From a virus, in IMG/VR virus record IMGVR_UViG_3300036651_001908, positions 1-64,000 of that record: 64,000 nt of DNA. One strand, written 5' to 3'. Below are positions 1-8,633 of this stretch, one piece after another. The notes under the pieces are model-generated. The model was not told the DNA's origin, searched no databases, and worked only from the letters and a program-made list of their open reading frames with translations. The first letter of the stretch is position 1. Each line of letters begins with the position of its first letter. The position numbers were made by a program, and so were the translations under genes.

Positions 1-255
1 AAATGTGTACTACTCCAGAGCCCGCACCTCAGCGGACCATCCAGACGTAGAACTGCATCGTGAGCCACCGGTCGAAATCTTCTTGCCGACTCCCAGGGGC
101 AGGCTTGGTTAACCGACCTAGATACTCCCAGCCGCGCAGTCGATACCGGCTCATCTCGGTGTCTCGCACCACGGCACACTCGTTCGGCGGCTCAGCAGCC
201 ACGCGTAGCACCCCCGGAATGCCATCGTGGCGTCGGATAGAGCGACGAACAGCCC

Positions 256-573
256 CTATTGGGCATCGTCACCCTCTGCGACATTCCCAGAGCCTGATTT
301 GCCCCACCACGCGTGGTCCCCGATGGGCGCTCCGCGCCATGCACCGTCCACCTGGCGCAGTGTTTTGCCCCCGATCGCCTCGGTGTGGGGGTCCTTGCAG
401 ATCGTCTTGCCGTCCACGCTGCGTTGGTGGGCGTCGAACAGCGATATGCCCTCGAAGGTCTCGTGACACTTGGCACAGTGGCCGGTGCGATTGCCCCGCT
501 GACGCCAGACGTGCTCTAGAGAGCATGCGGGGTACTGCACAGCGTTACGCCGGTGGTCATCCATGGTGTACAT
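256..573 (-). CDS. Phage zinc-binding protein (FDxHR-type)
   Basis: Motif HCAKCHETFEGISLFDAHQ. Start placed at ATG 573, 7 nt after TATACT (581-586), consistent with a leaderless start. Confidence 0.65.
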   Translation of the reverse strand: MYTMDDHRRNAVQYPACSLEHVWRQRGNRTGHCAKCHETFEGISLFDAHQRSVDGKTICKDPHTEAIGGKTLRQVDGAWRGAPIGDHAWWGKSGSGNVAEGDDAQ

Positions 574-778
574 ACGGCATAGTATATGCCCAGCGATAGT
601 GGGTAATTGCAGTTTTGGATATGTGATACGATCGATTGCGATCGTGTCGGGTTGAGGTGCATGACCGGTGTGGCATATATGCCCCGGGTGACTCGAAAAA
701 TCCGCAGGTCGGGCTAACTCCACCCCTTCAGTCTCTCGACTTCGGTTCATCCGGCCCGGGTGGGTTCTTGTTACCTCT

Positions 779-806
779 ATAGTACACCCGTCAGCGGTGG
801 TGTCAA
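779..806 (-). promoter_or_regulatory. SigA-like promoter
   Basis: TTGACA-N16-TACTAT on the minus strand. Confidence 0.6.
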
Positions 807-965
807 TAGCACAAACGTTCTAATTTCCTCATTTAGAGTTGCCACCTCGCCGCTCGCGGACAACATTTGAGACCGTGTGGAGAGCCCGATTTGTGAACTG
901 TGTTCGAATGTCGGCACAGAACAGGGCCCGGGAAGATTTCTCCTCCCGGGCCCTAATTCTTCTGC

Positions 966-1355
966 TCAATTCTGGTGGTTCGCCGTCCAGTGCAGCCGGA
1001 ATGCCGCCAGGGTGTCACGCACCTCGCCGCAGCCGGGCTCGGGGCAGATCCACGTGTCGTTCTCGCCCTCGACGGCCTTCGGGATCGGCCGCATGGTGGT
1101 GGCCCAGTCGGCTCGGGCCTGGGGGTTGGCCTGCTCTGCGAGCACTGCCTGAACCACAGCGTCGTCGTGGTCCCTCAGGGCGTCCAGTGCCTCGCGCTGC
1201 ATCCGCGTGGCGCGGTTCAGGACGCCGAATGCGAGGGCGGTGGCCTCCTGAAGATTCTTGATCACCTTCTCCTGCTCTTCGATCGCTCGTCCGGCCTCAG
1301 TGGCTCGTGCGACGATTGCCTGGCGGACGGTGTCGGTCTTCTCGGTGGTGGTCAT
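966..1355 (-). CDS. Coiled-coil protein with C-terminal C2H2 zinc finger
   Basis: RBS GAAGGAGAAGGA, start MTTTEK, motif CPEPGC...HWTANH; followed by a hairpin at 923-954. Confidence 0.75.
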   Translation of the reverse strand: MTTTEKTDTVRQAIVARATEAGRAIEEQEKVIKNLQEATALAFGVLNRATRMQREALDALRDHDDAVVQAVLAEQANPQARADWATTMRPIPKAVEGENDTWICPEPGCGEVRDTLAAFRLHWTANHQN

Positions 1356-1369
1356 GATTCCTTCTCCTT

Positions 1370-1519
1370 CTAAATCTTCTTGCCGTGGAGGGGGCAGGTG
1401 TGGTCGTGGTGCAGCGGGCTGCGCTTCTCGGTGCTGAACTTGGTGTCCAGCACGTGGTAGAGGTCGCACCATCCCTCAGGGGTGGTGGGCCAGACGATGG
1501 GGGCGGCTGCGGTGGTCAT
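1370..1519 (-). CDS. Small hypothetical protein (49 aa)
   Basis: Read manually as MTTAAAPIVWPTTPEGWCDLYH...; RBS GAAGGAG; below the ORF-track cutoff. Confidence 0.65.
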   Translation of the reverse strand: MTTAAAPIVWPTTPEGWCDLYHVLDTKFSTEKRSPLHHDHTCPLHGKKI

Positions 1520-1540
1520 GGTGTGCTCCTTCGGTGGTGG

Positions 1541-1720
1541 TCAGTCCGGGAGGACTTCGGTGATTTCGTGCTCGGGGATGAATGCTCGTGCGCTGTAGAC
1601 CAGGAGGTCGTTCTCGTTCGCGTACTCCAGTGCGTCGTCGTACTCATCGAAGACCATGCTCACGGTGGCTCGGGACTCCCCGACCAGGAATAGGTCCAGG
1701 ATGATTTCGTTGTGGGCCAT
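1541..1720 (-). CDS. Small acidic hypothetical protein
   Basis: MAHNEIILDLF...; RBS GAAGGAG downstream of the module promoter at 1755-1783. Confidence 0.75.
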   Translation of the reverse strand: MAHNEIILDLFLVGESRATVSMVFDEYDDALEYANENDLLVYSARAFIPEHEITEVLPD

Positions 1721-1820
1721 GATTTCTTCTCCTTCGGTGGTGGTTGATACTGCAATGGTACACCTGCCTGGTGGCAAGTGCAAGGGCCGGGAAGAACTAA
1801 ATCTTCCCGGCCCCTGGTGG

Positions 1821-2150
1821 TCAGGCCTTGACTTCGTGCCCGACCACCACGTGAGTCTTGAGGTGGCTGACGAACTCCTCTTCGGTGAGGAACTTCTTGC
1901 CGTCGATCCAGCACGCCTTGGCGTCCGGGCTCGTGATCGTGAGGGTGCCGACCTCGGTGGCCTTGAGCCCCGGGGCCTCGTAAACGAGGGGGAGAACGAC
2001 CTCGGGCACGCCGTCCCAGTAGGGGTCGAACGAGTAGTCGAACGGCTCGCTCGGCATGAGTGCCATAGCGTCGCTGATCATCAGCCCGATGGTGTACGGG
2101 GTGAAGGACTCGTCAACGGTGAGGGCGACGGTGTAGGTCTTGGTGGTCAT
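1821..2150 (-). CDS. Hypothetical protein (array cassette)
   Basis: MTTKTYTVAL...; RBS AAGGAG; promoter TTGCAT-N17-TACCAT at 2189-2217. Confidence 0.8.
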   Translation of the reverse strand: MTTKTYTVALTVDESFTPYTIGLMISDAMALMPSEPFDYSFDPYWDGVPEVVLPLVYEAPGLKATEVGTLTITSPDAKACWIDGKKFLTEEEFVSHLKTHVVVGHEVKA

Positions 2151-2254
2151 GGTTCCTGCTCCTTGGTGGTGGTTGACTTGATACTGCAATGGTACACCCG
2201 CCTAGCGGCGAATGCAAGGGCCAGCAAGATTTAGTTCTTGCTGGCCCTTGGTGG

Positions 2255-2548
2255 TCAGCGCGTGCCGTGCGCCTCGGCGTAGGTGGCTGCGGGAACGTCC
2301 CACACGGGCAGCAACCCGGCAGCCCTGCGGATCACGTTGTCCGTGTCGGATGCGCCCAGCATGCGCACCCGCACGTATGGCTCTAGCACGCTCAGGATGT
2401 ACCGGCGCTCCGGGTGAGCGATCGACACGGTGCGGAAGGCCTCCAGGGCGGGGAAGTAAGCGGGGCCCTCGTGAATCACGGGGCGGGGGGCAGCCGTGTC
2501 GCTGCTGTCCGTAGCGTCCTCGACCATGAATACTTCGGTGGTGGTCAT
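2255..2548 (-). CDS. Hypothetical protein (array cassette)
   Basis: MTTTEVF...; RBS GGAGG; promoter TTGACA-N17-TAAGAT at 2585-2613. Confidence 0.8.
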   Translation of the reverse strand: MTTTEVFMVEDATDSSDTAAPRPVIHEGPAYFPALEAFRTVSIAHPERRYILSVLEPYVRVRMLGASDTDNVIRRAAGLLPVWDVPAATYAEAHGTR

Positions 2549-2710
2549 GATGTCCTCCAGGGTGGTGGTTGATTTGATACTGCAATCTTATGGCGACCAT
2601 GGCAGGCTGTCAAGAGATTTCTCGAAATACAGCAAACTTTCTATAACATACAGCCAGCGCATAGATTCGATTTCGGGCAGGGGCGGTACAACTCCGTCGG
2701 GTTCCCCTTC

Positions 2711-2739
2711 AGTATACACCACACCACGGCTCGGCGCAA
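2711..2739 (-). promoter_or_regulatory. SigA-like promoter with no clear ORF directly downstream
   Basis: TTGCGC-N17-TATACT on the minus strand. Confidence 0.55.
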
Positions 2740-2836
2740 GTGTTATACTCAACTCATGAAGATTTTTCTCGGGTAAGGGGAGGTGGGGTGACCGTACCCT
2801 TGCCTGGGGAGAGGGGGGCCTTTCGGCCCCCCTTGC

Positions 2837-3124
2837 TCAGTGTGCGCTCACGTCCTCCCGGTGATTGGTGCTCCATGCCCAGCCACCGTCGATGGTGGTG
2901 GTCAGGCGCTCAGCGCCGCACTTGCAGCGGGTGAGGAAGTAGCCCTCCTTCACGGGGATGCCGACGGACGTGAAGTGTCCTTCGGGCCACGCGTTGTCTT
3001 CGGTCATGATGTCCTCCTCCTCGCGCTGGTCGGCGTGCTCACCGCAGTAGCCGTCGTACCCTTCGCCGTCGTCCAGGCTGTTGGTGCAGCCGGGGAATCC
3101 GCAGCGGTCGTCATCCTCAAACAT
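2837..3124 (-). CDS. Cys-rich acidic hypothetical protein (possible internal start near 3007)
   Basis: MFEDDDRCGFPGC...YCGEH; RBS GAGGAG. A second GAGGAGG precedes the in-frame MTEDN. Hairpin GGGGGCC-GAAA-GGCCCCC follows the stop. Confidence 0.75.
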   Translation of the reverse strand: MFEDDDRCGFPGCTNSLDDGEGYDGYCGEHADQREEEDIMTEDNAWPEGHFTSVGIPVKEGYFLTRCKCGAERLTTTIDGGWAWSTNHREDVSAH

Positions 3125-3174
3125 GATTTGCTCCTCAGTGGTGGTGGTTGCCTTGATACTGCAATGGTAGCAGA

Positions 3175-3501
3175 CTACTTCACGCTGAACAAGCCCCACG
3201 GTCCAGGTGGTTCTGGATCCTTCTGCTCGGGCTTGCTCGTGCGCCTCCGGCTCGGGGATGCGTTGTAGCGCTCGCGGAGATACGCCTGCCGGTGCTGGCG
3301 GAACTCAGGGTCGGCACGGTACTTCTCGACCCACTTCGCGGCCTTCCGCTTCTTCTGGGCCTCATACTCTGCCGGGTGGTCCTTGCGCCACTGCTCGCGC
3401 CACTGCCGATTGCGCTCCAGCAATGCCTCCTTCTCTTCGGGGCTCATGTTCTGGTAGCGCTCGCGACGCCGATCGGCGCTGCTCTTCTTCTCATTCATCA
3501 T
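3175..3501 (-). CDS. Highly charged R/K/E-rich helical protein
   Basis: RBS AAGGAGG; repeated (Y/W)RE/RQ motifs. Confidence 0.7.
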   Translation of the reverse strand: MMNEKKSSADRRRERYQNMSPEEKEALLERNRQWREQWRKDHPAEYEAQKKRKAAKWVEKYRADPEFRQHRQAYLRERYNASPSRRRTSKPEQKDPEPPGPWGLFSVK

Positions 3502-3587
3502 TCCTCCTTGCTACATGCCGATGCCCCGCCCAAATCTTGTTTGGACGGGGCCCGACGGTGGGTTGGTCTAGGTTCCGATGGTGGTGC

Positions 3588-3818
3588 TCATGAGTGCGCC
3601 TCGATCCAGGCGGCACGCGCGGCGTAGTCGTCAGACTCGAACACGTCCCGGGGCATTTGCACTTCAGTCCAGGACTCCAGGTACTCCTCGAACGTGAAGG
3701 ATGAGTCCCCGATGTCTTCGTAGTTGCCTCGCATGTCGTCGTAGTCGTTCGCCACGTAGGCGACTTCGGGGTCATCGTGCTCGGTAACCCAGACTCGGAC
3801 GGTATCGGTGGTGGTCAT
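3588..3818 (-). CDS. Small acidic hypothetical protein
   Basis: MTTTDTV...; RBS GAGGAGG. Confidence 0.8.
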   Translation of the reverse strand: MTTTDTVRVWVTEHDDPEVAYVANDYDDMRGNYEDIGDSSFTFEEYLESWTEVQMPRDVFESDDYAARAAWIEAHS

Positions 3819-3843
3819 GGTGTCCTCCTCAGGACGGTGGTGG

Positions 3844-4077
3844 TTACTCGGTGGGGAACATGCTGGCCCAGCATGCGGGGTGGGTGCCGCTGATCAGCGT
3901 TTCGCGCTCTTCGGCGGTCCAGGTGGGGAACACGTCTTGCGTGTACTCGCCCGCCTGCCAGCGGGTGTACTCGTCGTGAGTCATTCCGATGTGCGTGCCC
4001 CGGTGGCAAAGCGGGCACACCCGGATCACGATGTGCAGGTTCGGGCTGATACATGAGGTGCAGGTGGTGGTTGTCAT
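3844..4077 (-). CDS. Cys-rich hypothetical protein, leaderless
   Basis: ATG is 6 nt after TACCAT; CTSC, CPLC and ERETLISGTHPACW motifs. Confidence 0.8.
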   Translation of the reverse strand: MTTTTCTSCISPNLHIVIRVCPLCHRGTHIGMTHDEYTRWQAGEYTQDVFPTWTAEERETLISGTHPACWASMFPTE

Positions 4078-4155
4078 ACTTCGATGGTAGCACCTTCAGC
4101 CTGACATGGCAAGGGCCCTGAAGAGAAAATCTTCAGGGCCCTTCTAGGGGTAGGC

Positions 4156-4479
4156 CTAGAGGCGGATGCTGTACACCCGGGTGAGTAGGGCGGTCCATGA
4201 GCACGCGTAGTGCATGGCGCTCGCTCGCTTGGTGCGAGGGTCGATGGTCCAGGTGCTCCACATGTCCGGGTGCAGCGAGCCTTCCGCGATTGCCGATAGA
4301 GGCTTGCCACAGTGGTCGCACGGGCGGTTGCCGATTGCCTTGGTGGCATTGCTCACGTGCAGCATGTACGGCTTGCGACGGCGGTACATGGACGCCTTGA
4401 CGCCTGCCAGGTTGTCAGCCTCCGGATAGGCGTGCGCGCCGTTTGTCCACGGCTTGCGGTAGTTGGGCTTGGTGGTCAT
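4156..4479 (-). CDS. Hypothetical zinc-binding protein
   Basis: MTTKPNY...CDHC...HYAC; ATGA overlap with the upstream gene. Confidence 0.7.
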   Translation of the reverse strand: MTTKPNYRKPWTNGAHAYPEADNLAGVKASMYRRRKPYMLHVSNATKAIGNRPCDHCGKPLSAIAEGSLHPDMWSTWTIDPRTKRASAMHYACSWTALLTRVYSIRL

Positions 4480-4607
4480 TTCTTGCTCCCGGTGGTGTGA
4501 GTGTGCGAGTAGAACGCGGCGTTCGTCGGGAATGCCTTGCCACAGAACTTGCAGGGCAGCGGAGTCGTCAGGGGCTTGGGGCCCTGGACCTTCTTCGATT
4601 GCTTCAT
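4476..4607 (-). CDS. Mini C2H2 zinc-finger protein (43 aa), leaderless
   Basis: CKFCGKAFPTNAAFYSHTHT; promoter TTGACA-N17-TACTGT-N6-ATG. Confidence 0.7.
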   Translation of the reverse strand: MKQSKKVQGPKPLTTPLPCKFCGKAFPTNAAFYSHTHTTGSKK

Positions 4608-4722
4608 ACTGCGACAGTAGTCCTGCCATGGCTGTATGTCAACCCCTGTTCGCAAATCCCAGCAAACATACAGGTTCAGATTGCCTCTTGCGCACGTACT
4701 GCCATGGGTGTACGATTGCAGT

Positions 4723-4983
4723 ATGAACAACACAGAGGCGCGGAGCGCCATCCTCTATTACCGCGGCGACACCCTGGTCCGCCGTGCCGTCAACGCAATC
4801 CCGACAGAGTCTGTCGCGGATGCGCTCGCCACCGCTGCATCGCACGTATGGGAAGAGGCGGCCGAACAAGTCTTCGTCGGCGTCCCGGTCACCATGCAAG
4901 AGGCAGCGTGGGGCACGTCCCTCGAATTCACGTCCCCCATCGGGCCCGTGAAGATGGTCGGGACGGCTCTACTCAACCGCTGA
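4723..4983 (+). CDS. Hypothetical protein in the inverted array module, leaderless
   Basis: TTGCGC(4688)-N17-TACGAT-TGCAGT-ATG; MNNTEARS...; hairpin after the stop. Confidence 0.8.
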   Translation: MNNTEARSAILYYRGDTLVRRAVNAIPTESVADALATAASHVWEEAAEQVFVGVPVTMQEAAWGTSLEFTSPIGPVKMVGTALLNR

Positions 4984-5193
4984 ACACTCACCTAGCCACC
5001 GGGGGTCGGGACACCGACCCCCCTTAGGTGTGCCTAGAACAAGATTTGCGCCACTAGCCAGGCGCTCGCCGCGATCGTGCCCCATGCCACTAGCGCGAGC
5101 GGGACTGCGACCCGGATAGTCTGTCGATTCATCACGCCGGGCAGAGTAGAGGGCCTGAGGAAGATTTTCCTCAGGCCCTCAGTGTCGGGCGGG

Positions 5194-5502
5194 TCAGAGC
5201 AGCGCGTAGCGCACCGCGCTCTGGTGCTTGCTGGTGCTCACGCTGTACTTGTGATCCGGGATGGTCCAGCCGTCCGGGGTGTGCCACGCGATCGGGGTGT
5301 GATACGAGTAAACGACGTAGTCAACGGCGTTCACGTCCAGGTAGAACTTGTCCCGCCACAGTCGCGGCAGGGCACCGACGGTGCCCTCGTTCGGGCCCCC
5401 GCGGAAGTTGGGCTCACCGTACGCGTTGCCCCCGGCGCTGAACGGCTGACGGGCCACGATGCGATCGGCGGCGGTGCGGATGTTGGTGGCGGTGGTGGTC
5501 AT
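5194..5502 (-). CDS. Conserved-looking actinophage early protein
   Basis: YVVYSYHTPIAW...YSVSTSKHQ motif; RBS GGAGG; hairpin at 5149-5180. Confidence 0.8.
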   Translation of the reverse strand: MTTTATNIRTAADRIVARQPFSAGGNAYGEPNFRGGPNEGTVGALPRLWRDKFYLDVNAVDYVVYSYHTPIAWHTPDGWTIPDHKYSVSTSKHQSAVRYALL

Positions 5503-5612
5503 GATGTCCTCCAGGGTGGTGGTTGGTTGATACTGCAATGGTAGCCTACTGCGGCCGGACATGCAAGAGGGCCAGGGAAGATAATTCTTCTTCCCTGGCC
5601 CTAGGCGGATGG

Positions 5613-5894
5613 TCAGCGCTCTTCGATCCTCAGGTCCCCCCTCAGAACGGTGTAGAACCGTTGCCCCGGGTAGCGGTGGCGCCATTCGATCACTTCGGCG
5701 CGGAGTGCCTTCCAGGTGGTGGTTTTGGCGGAGTGAGTCACGGTCGATTCGGTGACCAGGACCATATCGGCCCCGTGCTCACTGACCAGAACCTCACCCC
5801 CGGCCTCGAAGAATCGTCGGGCGGTGCCGACGGTGGTGCGCGTGGCCCAAACGGGGGCGGTGGTGGTTTCGGTGGTGGTGGTTGATTCGTTCAT
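5613..5894 (-). CDS. Hypothetical protein, leaderless
   Basis: MNESTTTTETT...; TTGCAT-N17-TACTAT-N6-ATG. Confidence 0.8.
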   Translation of the reverse strand: MNESTTTTETTTAPVWATRTTVGTARRFFEAGGEVLVSEHGADMVLVTESTVTHSAKTTTWKALRAEVIEWRHRYPGQRFYTVLRGDLRIEER

Positions 5895-5977
5895 ACTGCG
5901 ATAGTACACCCACGCGCCCGGACATGCAAGAGGGCCAGGGAAGATAATTCTTCTTCCCTGGCCCCCGATTGGCTAGA

Positions 5978-6538
5978 TCAGGTGTGCGAGCAGCGAGTGC
6001 CTCCCGCCCACACCCGCACATCCCCGGTGCTGAAGTCACGAGGGACTGCCTTCAGCGAGGTGCCGCGGGTGGTCAACTTGCCCGTCTTCAATTCGACCGG
6101 GACCCCATGGATGAGGTAGGCCACCACATACGTTTCGCCGGGGTAGTTCCCGAATACAAGCAGCGAGCCCGGCTCATCCGCGTTGAATTGGCACGGCGTG
6201 CGCACGCCCGAATAGATTTCCGCGGCGAGCGCCAGAGCGCTGGTGGTGAGCGATGGTGCGGCCCCGGGCGTACGCGTCGAACGGGTCGAACGGGTGCGAG
6301 TCGAACGGGTGCGGGTCGAACGGGTGCGGTGGGCCACGGGGATCGGGGCAGGGGCGGCATTCGGAGTCGCACCGCCCGCGATTGCCGCTTGGATTTGGGC
6401 CAGGACGGATGAGTACGAAACCGTGCCGCTGGCCCCGGTCGGTGTCCCGGCGTCAGCAGCGCTGGCGCCGATCGTTAGTCCGCCGACGATGATGCATGCG
6501 CCGGTAGCAAGAGCGGCGATGCGGGTGGTGGTCTTCAT
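5978..6538 (-). CDS. Putative secreted/membrane-anchored protein with RSTRT repeats
   Basis: Signal-peptide-like N-terminus (MKTTTRIAALATGACIIVGGLTIGASAA); RBS GAGGAGG. Confidence 0.7.
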   Translation of the reverse strand: MKTTTRIAALATGACIIVGGLTIGASAADAGTPTGASGTVSYSSVLAQIQAAIAGGATPNAAPAPIPVAHRTRSTRTRSTRTRSTRSTRTPGAAPSLTTSALALAAEIYSGVRTPCQFNADEPGSLLVFGNYPGETYVVAYLIHGVPVELKTGKLTTRGTSLKAVPRDFSTGDVRVWAGGTRCSHT

Positions 6539-6650
6539 GATTTGTCCTCCTCAGGACGGTGGTGGTTGATACTGCGATGGTACACCCGCGAGCGGGCAAA
6601 CGGAAGGGCCCGGAAGAACTAAAATCTTCTTCCGGGCCCCGGGGTGGTGG

Positions 6651-6830
6651 TCAGTCGCGCGCTAGCGCCATGCCATCGTCGTCCGCTCGCGCGGAGTCGA
6701 TTTCGTAGTCCATGGTGTCCCTCCCTTCGGTGTCGCGGTGGTGGTCTGCGATGAGTGCTGCCACCGCGGGGATGGCGACAATCAGGGTGAGAATCGCGCC
6801 CCACGTGTCAGCGCTGATCAGGTGCATCAT
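6651..6830 (-). CDS. Small membrane protein (59 aa)
   Basis: Read manually as MMHLISADTWGAILTLIVAIPAVAALIA...; ATGA overlap with 6827..7069. Confidence 0.6.
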   Translation of the reverse strand: MMHLISADTWGAILTLIVAIPAVAALIADHHRDTEGRDTMDYEIDSARADDDGMALARD

Positions 6831-7069
6831 CGGGCCAGCCCTTCACGAGCGGCGATTTCGGCCTGACGCGCGTATCCCCGGGAGTACGCCCGGAAGATTT
6901 CGAGCGTCCGGGGCTGGCCCACGGGGACATTCCCCACTAGATCGCGGATGATGGCGCTCATGGTCGGTGCCATGGTCGCCCCGATCAGGTAGGCCCGTGC
7001 GCCCGCATGGCGGGCGGTGTCTAGTTCGACGGTGGTGGCGGTGGTTTCGGTGGTGGTTGATTGCTTCAT
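6827..7069 (-). CDS. Hypothetical protein, leaderless
   Basis: MKQSTTTETT...; module promoter at 7076-7104. Confidence 0.8.
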   Translation of the reverse strand: MKQSTTTETTATTVELDTARHAGARAYLIGATMAPTMSAIIRDLVGNVPVGQPRTLEIFRAYSRGYARQAEIAAREGLAR

Positions 7070-7150
7070 ACTGCGATGGTACGCCCATCCGGCCTGACAT
7101 GCAAGAGGGCCCGGAAGATTTCTCTCCCGGGCCCGATGGTCGGATGGTGG

Positions 7151-7405
7151 TCAGGACACGTACGCCTCTGCGAGTCGCAGGATGCGGTGGTAATCCTCCT
7201 CAGCGGCGATGCGCGCCTCCTGAGCGGCGCGGTAGGCCTCCTCGTTGTCTCCCCATCCGAAGTGATCTTCGGTGGCGCAGGCATCGTACAGAGCATCCGC
7301 GAGGATGATCACGCGGGCGGTGAGGATGGCGGCGACCATCCCGTGGCGGGTGTCCGCCTGGCGGACATAGGGGGTGGCCATCACGGTGGCGGTGTGTGCG
7401 TTCAT
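7151..7405 (-). CDS. Hypothetical protein, leaderless (MNAHT group)
   Basis: TTGCAT-N17-TACCAT-TGCAGT-ATGAACGCACAC. Confidence 0.75.
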   Translation of the reverse strand: MNAHTATVMATPYVRQADTRHGMVAAILTARVIILADALYDACATEDHFGWGDNEEAYRAAQEARIAAEEDYHRILRLAEAYVS

Positions 7406-7484
7406 ACTGCAATGGTACACCCGCATCCCCGGGCATGCAAGGGCCCCCGGAAGATTTCTCCCGGGGGCCCTAGGTGGGTGGTGG

Positions 7485-7844
7485 TCAGCGCTGCGAGAGT
7501 GCCATGGTCCAAACGTTTCGGTGCAGCGGCCCAAACGGTCGTTCGGCCGAAACGTGCTCGGTGCCGCGGAAGGGGTCGAGCCCGTGCGCAGTCTCCCGGG
7601 CGAACCTACGGTCTAGGTAGGCCTGCCCGTGCGCCTCTGCCTCTTCCCGGGTGGCGTATTCGCGGGTGGTGACTGCCAGCGTGCCCCACGCCTTGACGCT
7701 GAGGGTGATGGTGCAGACCCACGATCCGCCGCGCCCGGCGTGCGATTCCGGGAGGGACAGCCCCGTGCCGTAGTCAAAGCAGCGCTCGCCCGCGGCAGCG
7801 CCACAGGTGTCGCAGTGGGTGAGGGTTTCGGTGTGTGCGTTCAT
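7485..7844 (-). CDS. Hypothetical protein with CxxC motif, leaderless (MNAHT group)
   Basis: MNAHTETLTHCDTCGAAAGERC...H; module start. Confidence 0.75.
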   Translation of the reverse strand: MNAHTETLTHCDTCGAAAGERCFDYGTGLSLPESHAGRGGSWVCTITLSVKAWGTLAVTTREYATREEAEAHGQAYLDRRFARETAHGLDPFRGTEHVSAERPFGPLHRNVWTMALSQR

Positions 7845-7960
7845 ACTGCGATGGTACACCCGTTCCGGCCGATTGCACCCGTGGGTTTCAAGAAACTTCC
7901 GGGCGCATGGGAAGGGCCCCGGCGATTTGCCGGGGCCCTAGGTGGGTGGGTGGTCGGTGG

Positions 7961-8131
7961 TCAGCCCAACAGGTACGGGTCCCGGATGCTGCTGATCAGG
8001 TGGCGCGGGCCACCGCTCAACAGGCGACGGGCGATAAATCGGCCGCGGCGGGTGGTGACCAGGTAGCGGGCGGTGGCCAGCATTTCGCGCGTGCTGGCGA
8101 CGGGGGCGGTGGTGGTGGTGTGTGCGTTCAT
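7961..8131 (-). CDS. Small basic hypothetical protein, leaderless (MNAHT group)
   Basis: The ORF fills the space between two modules exactly. Confidence 0.65.
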   Translation of the reverse strand: MNAHTTTTAPVASTREMLATARYLVTTRRGRFIARRLLSGGPRHLISSIRDPYLLG

Positions 8132-8240
8132 ACTGCGATGGTACACCCGTTCCGGCCGATTGCACCCGTGGGTTTCAAGAAACTTCCGGGCGCATGGGAA
8201 GGGCCCCGGCAGTGCCGGGGCCCTAGTGGTCGGTGGGTGG

Positions 8241-8528
8241 TTAGTTGTTGCTGGCAGGATCTAGCACGCTGTCACGCGTGCACGCGGGCCCGCCCGGGGC
8301 CTGGCAGGACACAGAGTGCCCCACGGTGGGTGCCGGGGTGCTGGCGTGCCCCACGGCGTAGCCTGCCCCGAAGATTCCCCCCCAGAGGATCAGGGTGGCC
8401 AGGATCACTGCCCAGAGGGGCACGTACACTTCCCGGTCGGTGGTGGGGATGCCACCCTCAGGGGGCAAACCATAGCGCGCCATGGCGCGCGCGGTGCGGG
8501 TTTCTTCGGTGGTGGTGTGTGCGTTCAT
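8241..8528 (-). CDS. Small membrane protein, leaderless (MNAHT group)
   Basis: Hydrophobic segment VYVPLWAVILATLILWGGIFGAGYAVG. Confidence 0.7.
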   Translation of the reverse strand: MNAHTTTEETRTARAMARYGLPPEGGIPTTDREVYVPLWAVILATLILWGGIFGAGYAVGHASTPAPTVGHSVSCQAPGGPACTRDSVLDPASNN

Positions 8529-8633
8529 ACTGCGATGGTACACCCGCCCACGGGTTTGGGCAACCCTGCCCTAATTCATGTTCCGGGCGCATGGGAAGGG
8601 CCCCGGCAGTGCCGGGGCCCTAGTGGTCGGTGG

